From: a virus
Direction: 5' to 3' (one strand)
DNA: 64,000 nt
Virus record (IMG/VR): IMGVR_UViG_3300037420_001954
Location: 9,836 to 73,835 of that record
Positions 46,318-54,652 of this stretch are shown piece by piece. A model generated the notes under the pieces. It was not told where the DNA came from, made no database searches, and worked only from the letters and a program-made list of their open reading frames with translations. Made by a program: the position numbers and the translations under genes. Every line of letters starts with the position of its first letter. Within the stretch, counting starts at the first letter, position 1.

Positions 46318-47897
46318 CCGCACGCGCCCCGGTCGAGGCGCCCTACCCCGTCATCAGCGCATCACAGATCACGACGTTCGATGTTGAGTCGAGCGGATGC
46401 CCAGCCAAGTGGGGGCTAAAGTCCCTACTGAAGCTAGAGACGGAACAAGGCGCCGCGGCGGCCCTCGGTGACGATATCGACACTGGACAGCTCCAGCCGT
46501 ATCTCACCGAGGGCCGCCCGATCGACTTCACTCGCAAGTCGGGCAACATCGCGCAAGCCGCGCTCAAGCACCTACCGCCCGCAGGCTCTATGGTCGCGGG
46601 GGAGAACTGTCAGCGGCACTTCGTCATGCCCACGCACTCGGCGCCGCCCGAGTGGCTCGGCATCAAGGACACGCCGCACTTCGGGTATCAGGGCTATCTA
46701 GACCTGCACCACCGCTCGTCGAGCGTGCTCCCGCTGGTCCCCGTCGAGTGGGGTGACGAGCGCTTCGTCCTCGTAGGCGACTTCAAGTCTACGGGTGCGT
46801 GGGCATGGAAGAAGACCGCCGACGACCTCAAGACCGATGTGCAGTCGACGCTCTACGCGAAGTGGGCATCGACGCACTACCGCACAGACACGGTCGATCT
46901 CGCGTGGATCTATGTCCGCACGAAGGAAGCCCCTAAGTGCGAGGTCACGTATCTGCGCACGACGAGCGATACGTTCGACGCGCGGTTCGAGCAGATCGAA
47001 CGCATCGCGAATGACATGTTCGTGTTGCGGTGGGCTGCGCCGAAACGCGTGAAGGTCGCCGGTATCGACGACCTGACGGAAGACCAGCTCAAGAAAGCAG
47101 ACCCGAGCGCGTTCGCCATCCGCAATCGGAACCTGGCGCGCATTCGTGCGAACCCAGAGCTGCACGCGTACGTGAACTCGCTGCCGAAGATGCTCACCAC
47201 GTGCGGCGCGTACGGGAACTGCCCGTTTTCTGACTCGGAAATCTGCCACCTGAACGTGAAGCAGGTGACTGAGCGAATGAAGATTCAAGCCATGGGCCGA
47301 GACGTCCACAAAGACGTCGAGTTCATGGCCAAGCAAATTGACGCCAACAAGCGCGCCCTGGCCGCGCGCATCGAAGAGATCAAGGACAACAGCATGGGTA
47401 TTCGAGATCGACTCGCCGCGAAGAAGGCGGCTGCTGAAGGCACCGCGCCGACCCCGGCCCCCGCGCCGATCAACCCGCCCGAGAGCGCGCTCCCGCCGAA
47501 GGAAGAAGCCCCGATCCCCGACCCGCCCGCGACGGTCGAAGCGGCCCCCAAGGCCAAGGTCGGACGTCCCAAGAAGGCCGCCGCGAACAAGGCCGCGCCG
47601 ACCGAGCAAGCCACCGAGTCGTCTACCACGACGGCCGAGGACACGTACGCCGCGCCGTCGGGCTCGCCCGCGACGAAGCTCTACGAGGGCCGCGCGGTCC
47701 GTGTCACGTACCCCTCCATGAAGTTCTCCGAGAACTTCAACACGTGGGGCACGCCGGAGCTGATGATCGAGTCGGCCGTGGCCGAAGGCGAGACGCCGGG
47801 CCAGGCGATCAAGCGCATCCACCTCGAGCTCAAGGCGTTGATCAACGACCTCGTGCCTGAGCACAAGGCCACGTTCGATCGACAGAAGGCGGCGTGA
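46314..47897 (+). CDS. PD-(D/E)XK (RecB/Cas4-like) nuclease with long C-terminal extension
   Basis: ISASQI...CPAKW, GYLDL, GDFKS, QSTLY, C-terminal CGAYGNCPF..C; then a Pro/Ala linker and an extra domain. Confidence 0.85.
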   Translation: MTARAPVEAPYPVISASQITTFDVESSGCPAKWGLKSLLKLETEQGAAAALGDDIDTGQLQPYLTEGRPIDFTRKSGNIAQAALKHLPPAGSMVAGENCQRHFVMPTHSAPPEWLGIKDTPHFGYQGYLDLHHRSSSVLPLVPVEWGDERFVLVGDFKSTGAWAWKKTADDLKTDVQSTLYAKWASTHYRTDTVDLAWIYVRTKEAPKCEVTYLRTTSDTFDARFEQIERIANDMFVLRWAAPKRVKVAGIDDLTEDQLKKADPSAFAIRNRNLARIRANPELHAYVNSLPKMLTTCGAYGNCPFSDSEICHLNVKQVTERMKIQAMGRDVHKDVEFMAKQIDANKRALAARIEEIKDNSMGIRDRLAAKKAAAEGTAPTPAPAPINPPESALPPKEEAPIPDPPATVEAAPKAKVGRPKKAAANKAAPTEQATESSTTTAEDTYAAPSGSPATKLYEGRAVRVTYPSMKFSENFNTWGTPELMIESAVAEGETPGQAIKRIHLELKALINDLVPEHKATFDRQKAA

Positions 47898-48151
47898 TGG
47901 CGAAAGCAACCAGGCACAAGCCCCAGCCGACACCGCCGCCCGTCGAGATCATGCTCGTGATGAACGAACTCGAAGCAACCGCGCTTCGCGTCCTGCTTGG
48001 CGGTCAGCGCTGCGGTCAAGATTCGGAAATCGGAAGAGCGTTGGGCAACGTGTGGGAGGAACTGAAGAAGGTGACTGTCACCGACAAGTATTCGAACCAC
48101 GTGTTCGATTTCGATTTCGGATTCAAGGTGAAGGACGGGGCGACGATCTGA
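47897..48151 (+). CDS. Tandem paralogue family member 1
   Basis: MAKAT...PPP.EIMLVMNELEATALRVLLGG. Confidence 0.75.
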   Translation: MAKATRHKPQPTPPPVEIMLVMNELEATALRVLLGGQRCGQDSEIGRALGNVWEELKKVTVTDKYSNHVFDFDFGFKVKDGATI

Positions 48152-48399
48152 TGGCGACCTGCACGGTCAAACGCAAAACCCCGCCGCCCGCGCCGCCACC
48201 CGAGATCGAGTCGGTGACGCTGGTGCTCTCTAAGAACGAGGCGCTTGCGCTGCAAGCGGTCCTCTACAACGTCGGCGGCGCGGCTCCGATGCGGAACTAC
48301 GTTGAAGGGATTAGCAATCTGCTCGTAGAAGTAGGCGTCGAGTACGTGAAAGGAAAACTAACCGGCGCGCTCTACTTCAAGGAGGGAGCGACACTCTAA
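48151..48399 (+). CDS. Tandem paralogue family member 2
   Basis: ...PPPEIESVTLVLSKNEALALQAVL. Confidence 0.75.
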   Translation: MATCTVKRKTPPPAPPPEIESVTLVLSKNEALALQAVLYNVGGAAPMRNYVEGISNLLVEVGVEYVKGKLTGALYFKEGATL

Positions 48400-48695
48400 T
48401 GGCTAAAGCGACCACCAAGACCCAGACCAAAACCAAGACGAAGCTCAAGATCATGCTCTCTGACAAAGAGGCGTGCGCGCTCAAGTTGCTGCTCGAAGGG
48501 GTGATCAAAGATTACGACGACGAGACTGGCGAGGCTGAATTGTCTCCGCTGCACGATGCCCTTGACAAGATTCACTTTGCGCTGATCGAGGCCAAAGTTC
48601 GCGTGGACGAGTGCTTCGATGACGGGTTCCGGTGGGACGAAACCGGACTGCTCGTCGCCAAAGCCGGCGCGACGGCGACGAGGTCCGCGTCGTGA
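48399..48695 (+). CDS. Tandem paralogue family member 3
   Basis: MAKAT...KIMLSDKEACALKLLLEG. Confidence 0.75.
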   Translation: MAKATTKTQTKTKTKLKIMLSDKEACALKLLLEGVIKDYDDETGEAELSPLHDALDKIHFALIEAKVRVDECFDDGFRWDETGLLVAKAGATATRSAS

Positions 48696-48922
48696 AGGCC
48701 ACCGTCAGCCACCCGCCGCCCGTCGTGCAGCCGCCCGCGGTCGTGACGCTCGAGATGAGCGAGCAAGAGGCCAAGCTGCTTCAGGAGCTCGTCAGCGTCT
48801 ACGTCTCATGGACGGAAAGCGCGGCCGGGAAAATGGCCCAAAACCTCTCCAACGCCCTAGAGGACGCCGGGTTCGAGCCGTTCGAGCACCATCACTCGTT
48901 TCATCTGGATCGGGCGAAGTGA
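48692..48922 (+). CDS. Tandem paralogue family member 4
   Basis: MKAT...PPAVVTLEMSEQEAKLLQELV. Confidence 0.75.
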   Translation: MKATVSHPPPVVQPPAVVTLEMSEQEAKLLQELVSVYVSWTESAAGKMAQNLSNALEDAGFEPFEHHHSFHLDRAK

Positions 48923-49188
48923 AGGCCTTCGTCGATTACGTGACCGGTGGATGGGGCGGATGGTCCGAGCCGGTCACGCTCGAGTGCTCGACCGAAGAAG
49001 CCATCGTGCTCAAGGCGCTGCTCGGCGGCGTGGTCGTTGATGCCGACGTGCCCAATCGATGGTCCCAGACCGTAGTGACGGCGCGCCAAACTATCGGCGA
49101 CGCGCTCAACCGACTCGGCGTCGAGCACGACGACCTTCGATTCGAAACTTTCTTCCGCATCAACGACGGGTCGCTCGCGGCCCTTTAG
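48919..49188 (+). CDS. Tandem paralogue family member 5
   Basis: MKA...EPVTLECSTEEAIVLKALLGG...IGDALNRLGV. Confidence 0.75.
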   Translation: MKAFVDYVTGGWGGWSEPVTLECSTEEAIVLKALLGGVVVDADVPNRWSQTVVTARQTIGDALNRLGVEHDDLRFETFFRINDGSLAAL

Positions 49189-49197
49189 GCCCGACCC

Positions 49198-49314
49198 ATG
49201 TTCGATCTCGAAAAAGAGTTCAAGTTCCTAGTTCTGGTGTGCATGTTCGCGTTCGTGGTGTGGGTGATGACCACGCCGCGCCCGCCCGGCCCTACCGTTT
49301 TGGTGGTCTCGTGA
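49198..49314 (+). CDS. Small membrane protein
   Basis: 38 aa with one TM helix. Confidence 0.45.
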   Translation: MFDLEKEFKFLVLVCMFAFVVWVMTTPRPPGPTVLVVS

Positions 49315-49550
49315 CGCACTCTGAAGAAGTACTCACGCGGCTCCACGAACAAGTAGCCGAGATGTGTCGCTACTTGGAAGTGCCGGAGGACGAGATGCAC
49401 GACACCTGGGCGCTACGCGACGCCATTGTAGCCCTGAAGCGCTCGGCTCGCCTGGCCGAGGTGGAACTGGATTTCGAATACGGCTGCGCAAGCGTTGCGG
49501 ATCTAGACGCAGCCAAAAGGCCAGACACGTTCAAGTGGGAGTCGTTCTAA
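49311..49550 (+). CDS. Hypothetical protein
   Basis: GTGA coupling; 79 aa. Confidence 0.55.
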   Translation: MTHSEEVLTRLHEQVAEMCRYLEVPEDEMHDTWALRDAIVALKRSARLAEVELDFEYGCASVADLDAAKRPDTFKWESF

Positions 49551-49759
49551 TGGCAGTATCTCACGAACGCATTCGAGAACTAGTGCTCGGCGGCACGCCT
49601 TCGGACGAAGAGATCATCGACATGGCGCACGAGCTTCGGGAACTCCGGCGTGTTTATCGGGCCGCCCGTAAACACTACGACCAAGGCTATGAGTGCAGCG
49701 AACATCTATCGGCAATTATAGAGATGGTCGAAGACTTCACCCTGCCGGTGGCGACGTGA
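49550..49759 (+). CDS. Hypothetical protein
   Basis: TAATG coupling; 69 aa. Confidence 0.6.
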   Translation: MAVSHERIRELVLGGTPSDEEIIDMAHELRELRRVYRAARKHYDQGYECSEHLSAIIEMVEDFTLPVAT

Positions 49760-51138
49760 CGGCCACGTGGGGCGAGCACGAGATCGTCCGCGGCGACGTG
49801 CTCGAGGTACTCCGCACGTTGCCGGACGACTCGTTCGATGCGGTGCTTTCTGATCCCCCCTACGGCCTGAAGTTCATGGCCAAGGCATGGGACTACGACG
49901 TGCCGAGTGTCGAGGTCTGGCGAGAGTGCCTTCGCGTGCTCAAGCCCGGCGGCCTCCTGCTCTCTTTCGGAGGCTCGCGCACGTATCACCGCATCGCTAC
50001 CGCGATCGAGGACGCTGGATTCGAACTACGCGATCAGCTTTTGTGGCTTTACGCAAAAGGTTTTCCAAAAAGTTTCAACATCTCCAAGGCGCTCGACAAG
50101 TCTGCCGGTGCCGAGCGCAAGGTCATCGGCAAGCGCAAGCTCACGGGCAATGCGGCCGTCTCGACCAAAGACAAGGGCGGCACCTACGGTGTTCAAGTCG
50201 GCTCGGCTCCAGCCAAGGAAGTCGACGTCACGGCCCCGGCCACGCCAGAAGCTATTCAGTGGCACGGGTATGGGACGGCCCTCAAGCCCGCGTTCGAGCC
50301 GATCTGTCTCGCTCGCAAACCGCTCGAGGGAACCATCATCGAGAACGTGCGCAAGTGGGGCACTGGCGGCCTCGCGATCGGTGCGTGCCGCATCGGCGAC
50401 GAAGGCGGTACCAAGAAGCGGCCAGCGAAAGAAGGTACGACCGATAGCAAATGCGCGTACTCGGACGGCCTTAACGGCGGCGGTCCGGAACCCATCGACG
50501 AAGGCCGATGGCCAGCGAACGTGCTCTTCGACGAGGGCGCGGCCGAGTATCTCGACGAGGTCGTAGGCAACCGACCGTCACGCAAGTCGGTCACTCGCAA
50601 CGGCGGCGGCAACGCAGGCGGCGCGGTGTTCGATAAGCGTGTCCCGGGCCAAGCCAAGCCAGACTCGGGGCGCAACGAAAACGGCGGCCCGTCGCGGTTC
50701 TTTTTCTGCGCCAAGGTCTCGACCAAAGAGAGGGAGTTCGGGTGTGAAGAGCTGGTTCAAAAGAGCGCTGGGGAGGCTACGGGCGGTCGCCGTGAAGGTT
50801 CTGATGGCCTCAATTCTCCTAGGGCAGGAGCCGGCCGGACGTCGGGAGCCCGAAACCATCACCCAACACTCAAGCCAATCGCTCTGAACGAGTACCTGGC
50901 GAAACTCATCAAACCACCCACGGCCGACGCCACGTTGCTAGTGCCTTATTCGGGCGCGGGTAGCGAGATGATCGGGGCGCTACGTGCGGGCTGGCCCAAT
51001 GTCCTCGGCATCGAGCGAGACCTCGACGACGAAGGCCAGGTCGCAGGCTACATCGAAATCGCCGAGGCGCGCATCGCGGCCTGGATGTGGGACGCGTACG
51101 TGTGCGCGGCCGAAGCGAAAGTGAAAGAGGCAGCGTGA
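49756..51138 (+). CDS. DNA amino-methyltransferase (N6-A/N4-C, beta-class order)
   Basis: GDVLEVL, SDPPY, RVLKPGG, HPTLKP, VPYSGAGS. Confidence 0.92.
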   Translation: MTATWGEHEIVRGDVLEVLRTLPDDSFDAVLSDPPYGLKFMAKAWDYDVPSVEVWRECLRVLKPGGLLLSFGGSRTYHRIATAIEDAGFELRDQLLWLYAKGFPKSFNISKALDKSAGAERKVIGKRKLTGNAAVSTKDKGGTYGVQVGSAPAKEVDVTAPATPEAIQWHGYGTALKPAFEPICLARKPLEGTIIENVRKWGTGGLAIGACRIGDEGGTKKRPAKEGTTDSKCAYSDGLNGGGPEPIDEGRWPANVLFDEGAAEYLDEVVGNRPSRKSVTRNGGGNAGGAVFDKRVPGQAKPDSGRNENGGPSRFFFCAKVSTKEREFGCEELVQKSAGEATGGRREGSDGLNSPRAGAGRTSGARNHHPTLKPIALNEYLAKLIKPPTADATLLVPYSGAGSEMIGALRAGWPNVLGIERDLDDEGQVAGYIEIAEARIAAWMWDAYVCAAEAKVKEAA

Positions 51139-51374
51139 GTCGAATCTACTGTGTTTTCAAGGAAGGCATCTACAACCAAGGTTTCTACGGCACGTTCGAC
51201 ACGCAAGAGAAGGCAATCGAACAGGCCGACAAAATCGCCGCGGAGGATCGAGACGACTACCACAGATATGAGGTCGTCTCTTTCGGGCTGAACGACCCCG
51301 ACAGCTTTGGTGACTGGCACTACGAGGTCAGGCGATCTGAGGCGCTGTCCAAGATTGAAAGAGGCGGCGCGTGA
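51135..51374 (+). CDS. Hypothetical protein
   Basis: GTGA coupling; 79 aa. Confidence 0.6.
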   Translation: MSRIYCVFKEGIYNQGFYGTFDTQEKAIEQADKIAAEDRDDYHRYEVVSFGLNDPDSFGDWHYEVRRSEALSKIERGGA

Positions 51375-51547
51375 AAGAGCACGAAGACCAACTCACCGTG
51401 GGCATGCTCATCGACATGCTCAAGCAGTACCCCGAAGAAGCGGTCGTGTTTTTCTCGGACAGCCTCATGCAATGTGACACGCCTGTGTGCTCGGTGTACG
51501 CCGGGTTCGAGAACGAGGTCGTTATCTCGAACGAGGCGACCAATTAG
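51371..51547 (+). CDS. Hypothetical protein
   Basis: LTVGMLIDMLKQYPEEAVV; 58 aa. Confidence 0.6.
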   Translation: MKEHEDQLTVGMLIDMLKQYPEEAVVFFSDSLMQCDTPVCSVYAGFENEVVISNEATN

Positions 51548-51549
51548 TG

Positions 51550-51885
51550 CCACAAAGACTCTTGGTCAGCGGTGCGTTCGTGGCTAGCCCACGATCGAGG
51601 ACCATCGAAACGGGAATAGAGCATCTGCAAACCCGTTAGCGCGACGAGCCCGCGTAGATGACCCAACGTCAGGGGACTAGGCTCGCGACGAGACAGCCGG
51701 AGAGACGGCGCTAATCCAACAAGACTTTCACCGCCGGCCCGTCAGGGCTCAGGGACTCGTGCCCGGTGCGGTGTGACAGCCGGAAAGACGGCGCGCTTCC
51801 ACGCGGAGCCACCTGGGGCATTGACCTGGGCCGAAAGGAGCGTTTACGGGGATGAGCTGAGATGGAAGGACCCGCCCAGTTTCGC
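51550..51885 (+). ncRNA. Candidate structured non-coding RNA upstream of tRNA cluster
   Basis: No convincing ORF; duplicated GACAGCCGGA(G/A)AGACGGCGC hairpin (51692-51711 and 51775-51794); nested stems CGAGCC/GGCTCG and CACCGC/GCGGTG. Confidence 0.5.
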
Positions 51886-51887
51886 GA

Positions 51888-51967
51888 AGGGGGCAGTCCG
51901 CGAGCCGAAAGGCCGTACAGCGCCGGGTTGAAAGCCGGAGTACGTGGTTCGATTCCACGGTCCCCGA
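51888..51967 (+). tRNA. Atypical tRNA-Phe(GAA)-like gene
   Basis: GGGGGC/GTCCCC acceptor, CGTGG-TTCGATT-CCACG T arm, TT-GAA-AG loop; irregular anticodon stem and enlarged D region. Confidence 0.45.
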
Positions 51968-52000
51968 CAAACGATAGTACGAGCGCTCGTACTTCGTCAG

Positions 52001-52065
52001 TCCTAGGTCTTCTAAAGGCAGGATGCCGCGATTCGGCGACGTCGGTTCGAATCCGGCCCTAGGCA
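52001..52065 (+). tRNA. tRNA-like gene with 5-nt anticodon loop (no canonical anticodon)
   Basis: CCTAGG/CCTAGG acceptor, TTCT/AGGA D arm, GCCG-CGATT-CGGC, GTCGG-TTCGAAT-CCGGC. Confidence 0.55.
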
Positions 52066-52069
52066 ATTA

Positions 52070-52154
52070 GCCAGTCTGACGGAATAGCAGACGTAGCGGC
52101 CTTAGAAGCCGCCGGCCGATTGTGGTCGTGCAGGTGCAAGTCCTGCGACTGGCA
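52070..52154 (+). tRNA. tRNA-Leu(TAG)
   Basis: GCCAGTC/GACTGGC acceptor, GCGGC-CTTAGAA-GCCGC, long variable arm, GCAGG-TGCAAGT-CCTGC, A73. Confidence 0.92.
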
Positions 52155-52234
52155 CGAGGGTGTTGTCCAAGGTTCGAGTCCTTGGCGTCGGGCCGAAAGT
52201 CCGGCGTGGCGGAAGGGGATACGCGCACCCGTTA
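52155..52234 (+). ncRNA. Circularly permuted tRNA-like RNA (3' half precedes 5' half)
   Basis: GGGTG-TTGTC-CAAGG TTCGAGT CCTTG-GCGTCGGGC-CGAAA-GTCCGGCGT-GGCG GAAGGGGATA CGC-G-CACCC. Confidence 0.7.
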
Positions 52235-52328
52235 GGGCGAGAGCTTGAAGGAAGCGACCCGATTCCAAGTCGGGAGAGCGTGGAAGAAAAGCCCACGTGA
52301 CGAGGACGTTCGATTCGTCCCTGGCCCG
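52235..52328 (+). tRNA. tRNA-Trp(CCA)-like gene with long variable arm
   Basis: GGGCGAG/CTGGCCC (one mismatch), GCTT/AAGC D stem, CCCGA-TTCCAAG-TCGGG, CGTGG/CCACG variable arm, GGACG-TTCGATT-CGTCC. Confidence 0.65.
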
Positions 52329-52331
52329 CGA

Positions 52332-52649
52332 ATGTTTGGACCGACCCCGTTTAGTCCCCTGAACACGCCCAATTCGTACGCCGGCTCGCTCGGCGCGCGC
52401 TCGACCAAAAAGGACCCCGAGGACGATATCGAGCACCCCGAACCGCCGCCGATCTGGAAGCAGGTCGCGACCATCGTGGCGCTTCATGGACTTATCGCGA
52501 CGGTCGAGACGCTTGGTCGTCGACTGATTCATCGGCTCTTTGACGGGCCCGAGGGGCCGAAGGCCGAGGGGTCGCAGCCCATGATCATGATGCTCGCGCC
52601 GGACGAAGAGCACAAAGACGAGAAAGAGGACAAGGAAGAAAGCGAATGA
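52332..52649 (+). CDS. Hypothetical protein
   Basis: ATG just after the tRNA; 105 aa with an acidic tail. Confidence 0.55.
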   Translation: MFGPTPFSPLNTPNSYAGSLGARSTKKDPEDDIEHPEPPPIWKQVATIVALHGLIATVETLGRRLIHRLFDGPEGPKAEGSQPMIMMLAPDEEHKDEKEDKEESE

Positions 52650-52840
52650 GCGACATGAAAATGGAAGAGATCACTGAAGTGACTATGACCTTGGTATTCG
52701 ACGTGAACCACAACACGTCAATTCGCGAACTCCAGGAGATCATGGAGACGTTCAAGAAAGCGGATCTCGACGTCGACTGCCAGTTCCGTACTGATGCGTG
52801 CTCTATCGAAGTATCTTCCGTACCGACTGAGGTGTGCTAG
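52646..52840 (+). CDS. Hypothetical acidic protein
   Basis: 64 aa, coupled. Confidence 0.6.
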   Translation: MSDMKMEEITEVTMTLVFDVNHNTSIRELQEIMETFKKADLDVDCQFRTDACSIEVSSVPTEVC

Positions 52841-54081
52841 TGACCGAGTTCCACGTCGAGGCCGTTCGCATCGGTGCAGTCTACAAGCACCCGAACGCCG
52901 ACTCGCTCTCCATCACGAACGTCTACGCGTCGCCGGACGGCTCGGGCGGGTATCCGGTCATCTTCAAGACCGGCGACTATGCGGAGGGGTCACTCGCGGT
53001 TTATGTGCCGGTCGATGCCGTCGTCCCCGAGACGCCCGAGTGGTCGTTCCTTTGGGGCAACGAGCAGAACCCGCCGCCACGTAAGCGCCGCATCAAGGCC
53101 AAGAAGCTTCGTGGCGTGTTCTCGATGGGCGTCCTGACCGCCGCGCCTGCCGGCGTGACCGAAGGCCAAGACGTCGCCGAGCTGCTCGGTATTACGCGCT
53201 ACGAGGACGAGGCCGAAGTCGCCGAGCGCAGCGCGGTGATCAAGCGCGGACGACAGCCGAAGCTCGGTTGGTGGGGCCGTCTCAAGCGGTCGGTGCTCAA
53301 TCTGCTCGGTCTTTACCGCGAGCCTGGCACGCCCCAGCACGGCCTCCCCGCGCCCAAGCTGAAGCACCTCCCAGGCTACTACGACATCGAGCCGTTCCGA
53401 AAGTACGCGGGCTCGTGGTTCGAGGACGGCGAAGAGATCGTCATCACGGAAAAGATCCACGGTCAGAACGCGTCGTTCGTGGTCGATTACGACGGCAAGT
53501 TCCACCTCAAGTCGCGTACCCGCTGGCGTGAGTTCACGCCTGACGAGCCGTCGAACGCGTGGGCGCGCGTCGCGGCGAACTACGGCCTGCCTACGAAGCT
53601 AGCGCCGTGGCCTGGGTACATCCTTTACGGCGAGGCGTACGGCAACTTCTCCGACTGCCCATACGGCGCCACGAACGAGGCCCCAGGCTTCGTCGCCTTC
53701 GACGTGTTCGACTCGAACAAGGGCCGTTGGCTGAGCTGGGACGAGTTCGTCGAGTTCTGCCGGATCACGCGCATCGACCACGTGCCGGTGCTCGCGAAGA
53801 CGACGTGGCTCGAGGCCGACGGGGCCGCGACCTACGCGCCGCTTGCGGAAGGCAAGACCACGCTCAACGACGCGGGCCACGTCCGCGAAGGATTCGTGAT
53901 CAAGCCGCGCTCGGGCCGATGCCTGCGATCGGGGCAACGCATCGTGCTCAAGATGCACGGCGAGGGATTCCTCACTCGAGACGAATCCAAGACCAAGGCG
54001 CCGAAGCCCCAAAAGGCGAAGGCGCCGCGGGTCGCGCCGCTGCCCGACCCGAACACGACCGAGTTCGCACTGGCGGCGTGA
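52834..54081 (+). CDS. ATP-dependent RNA ligase (Rnl2/DRB0094-like, N-terminal OB-fold)
   Basis: HPNADSL N-terminus; ITEKIHGQN (motif I), LYGEAYG, FVAFDV, REGFVIK, LKMHGEGFL. Confidence 0.92.
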   Translation: MLVTEFHVEAVRIGAVYKHPNADSLSITNVYASPDGSGGYPVIFKTGDYAEGSLAVYVPVDAVVPETPEWSFLWGNEQNPPPRKRRIKAKKLRGVFSMGVLTAAPAGVTEGQDVAELLGITRYEDEAEVAERSAVIKRGRQPKLGWWGRLKRSVLNLLGLYREPGTPQHGLPAPKLKHLPGYYDIEPFRKYAGSWFEDGEEIVITEKIHGQNASFVVDYDGKFHLKSRTRWREFTPDEPSNAWARVAANYGLPTKLAPWPGYILYGEAYGNFSDCPYGATNEAPGFVAFDVFDSNKGRWLSWDEFVEFCRITRIDHVPVLAKTTWLEADGAATYAPLAEGKTTLNDAGHVREGFVIKPRSGRCLRSGQRIVLKMHGEGFLTRDESKTKAPKPQKAKAPRVAPLPDPNTTEFALAA

Positions 54082-54350
54082 TGGGCCCGTACCGCGAACA
54101 AGCCAAACGAGACGAGTACAAGGACGAGGACGAGCAAGTGAAAAAGGAAATTCGTTGCCCTGCGTGGGTGTCAGGGTTTTTGGCGGTTGCGGTGGGTCTT
54201 CCTCTGATCGGGCTCGGCATCGATCTGCAAAACAAGGTCTCGTCGTACGGGCACACGCTGTGGGCAGGGATCGTTGCGGCTGCCCTGATCAGCCTCACGA
54301 TGCTGATTCGCTCGATGGATCGCTGGGCTCGCGGAGACGTGGGCTTCTGA
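54081..54350 (+). CDS. Two-TM membrane protein
   Basis: 89 aa with two hydrophobic helices. Confidence 0.65.
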   Translation: MGPYREQAKRDEYKDEDEQVKKEIRCPAWVSGFLAVAVGLPLIGLGIDLQNKVSSYGHTLWAGIVAAALISLTMLIRSMDRWARGDVGF

Positions 54351-54652
54351 TGTCGAAGTACATCCACGCACCAGGCACGTTGAAAGAGACGTGCCGGTGC
54401 GGTCACCACAAGTCCACGCACCATCTCGAGACCGGCGCGTGCCTCGGCGTGCACTGCGACGATTGTTTCGAGTACGACGACGCGTCCAAGCCGAAGCTAC
54501 CGCCCGCGCCGCCGTCGACCGACCCGATCCCGGCCGTGTTGCCGGACCTCGATGACGACGTGTCCGTGGCCCCGGTCGCGCCGTACTACTACCCCTGGGC
54601 CTATCCGCCCGCGCCCACGTACCCGCCGTACTCACCTACAGGTACGCCGTAA
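54350..54652 (+). CDS. Cys/His-rich, Pro-rich small protein
   Basis: CRCGHHKSTH...C...HCDDC; 100 aa. Confidence 0.65.
   Translation: MSKYIHAPGTLKETCRCGHHKSTHHLETGACLGVHCDDCFEYDDASKPKLPPAPPSTDPIPAVLPDLDDDVSVAPVAPYYYPWAYPPAPTYPPYSPTGTP

Noticed and set aside
52158-52330. Two-piece or one-piece tmRNA
   Set aside because: There is no G3-U70/A73 alanine identity and no tag reading frame, and the downstream sequence folds as a separate Trp-like tRNA.
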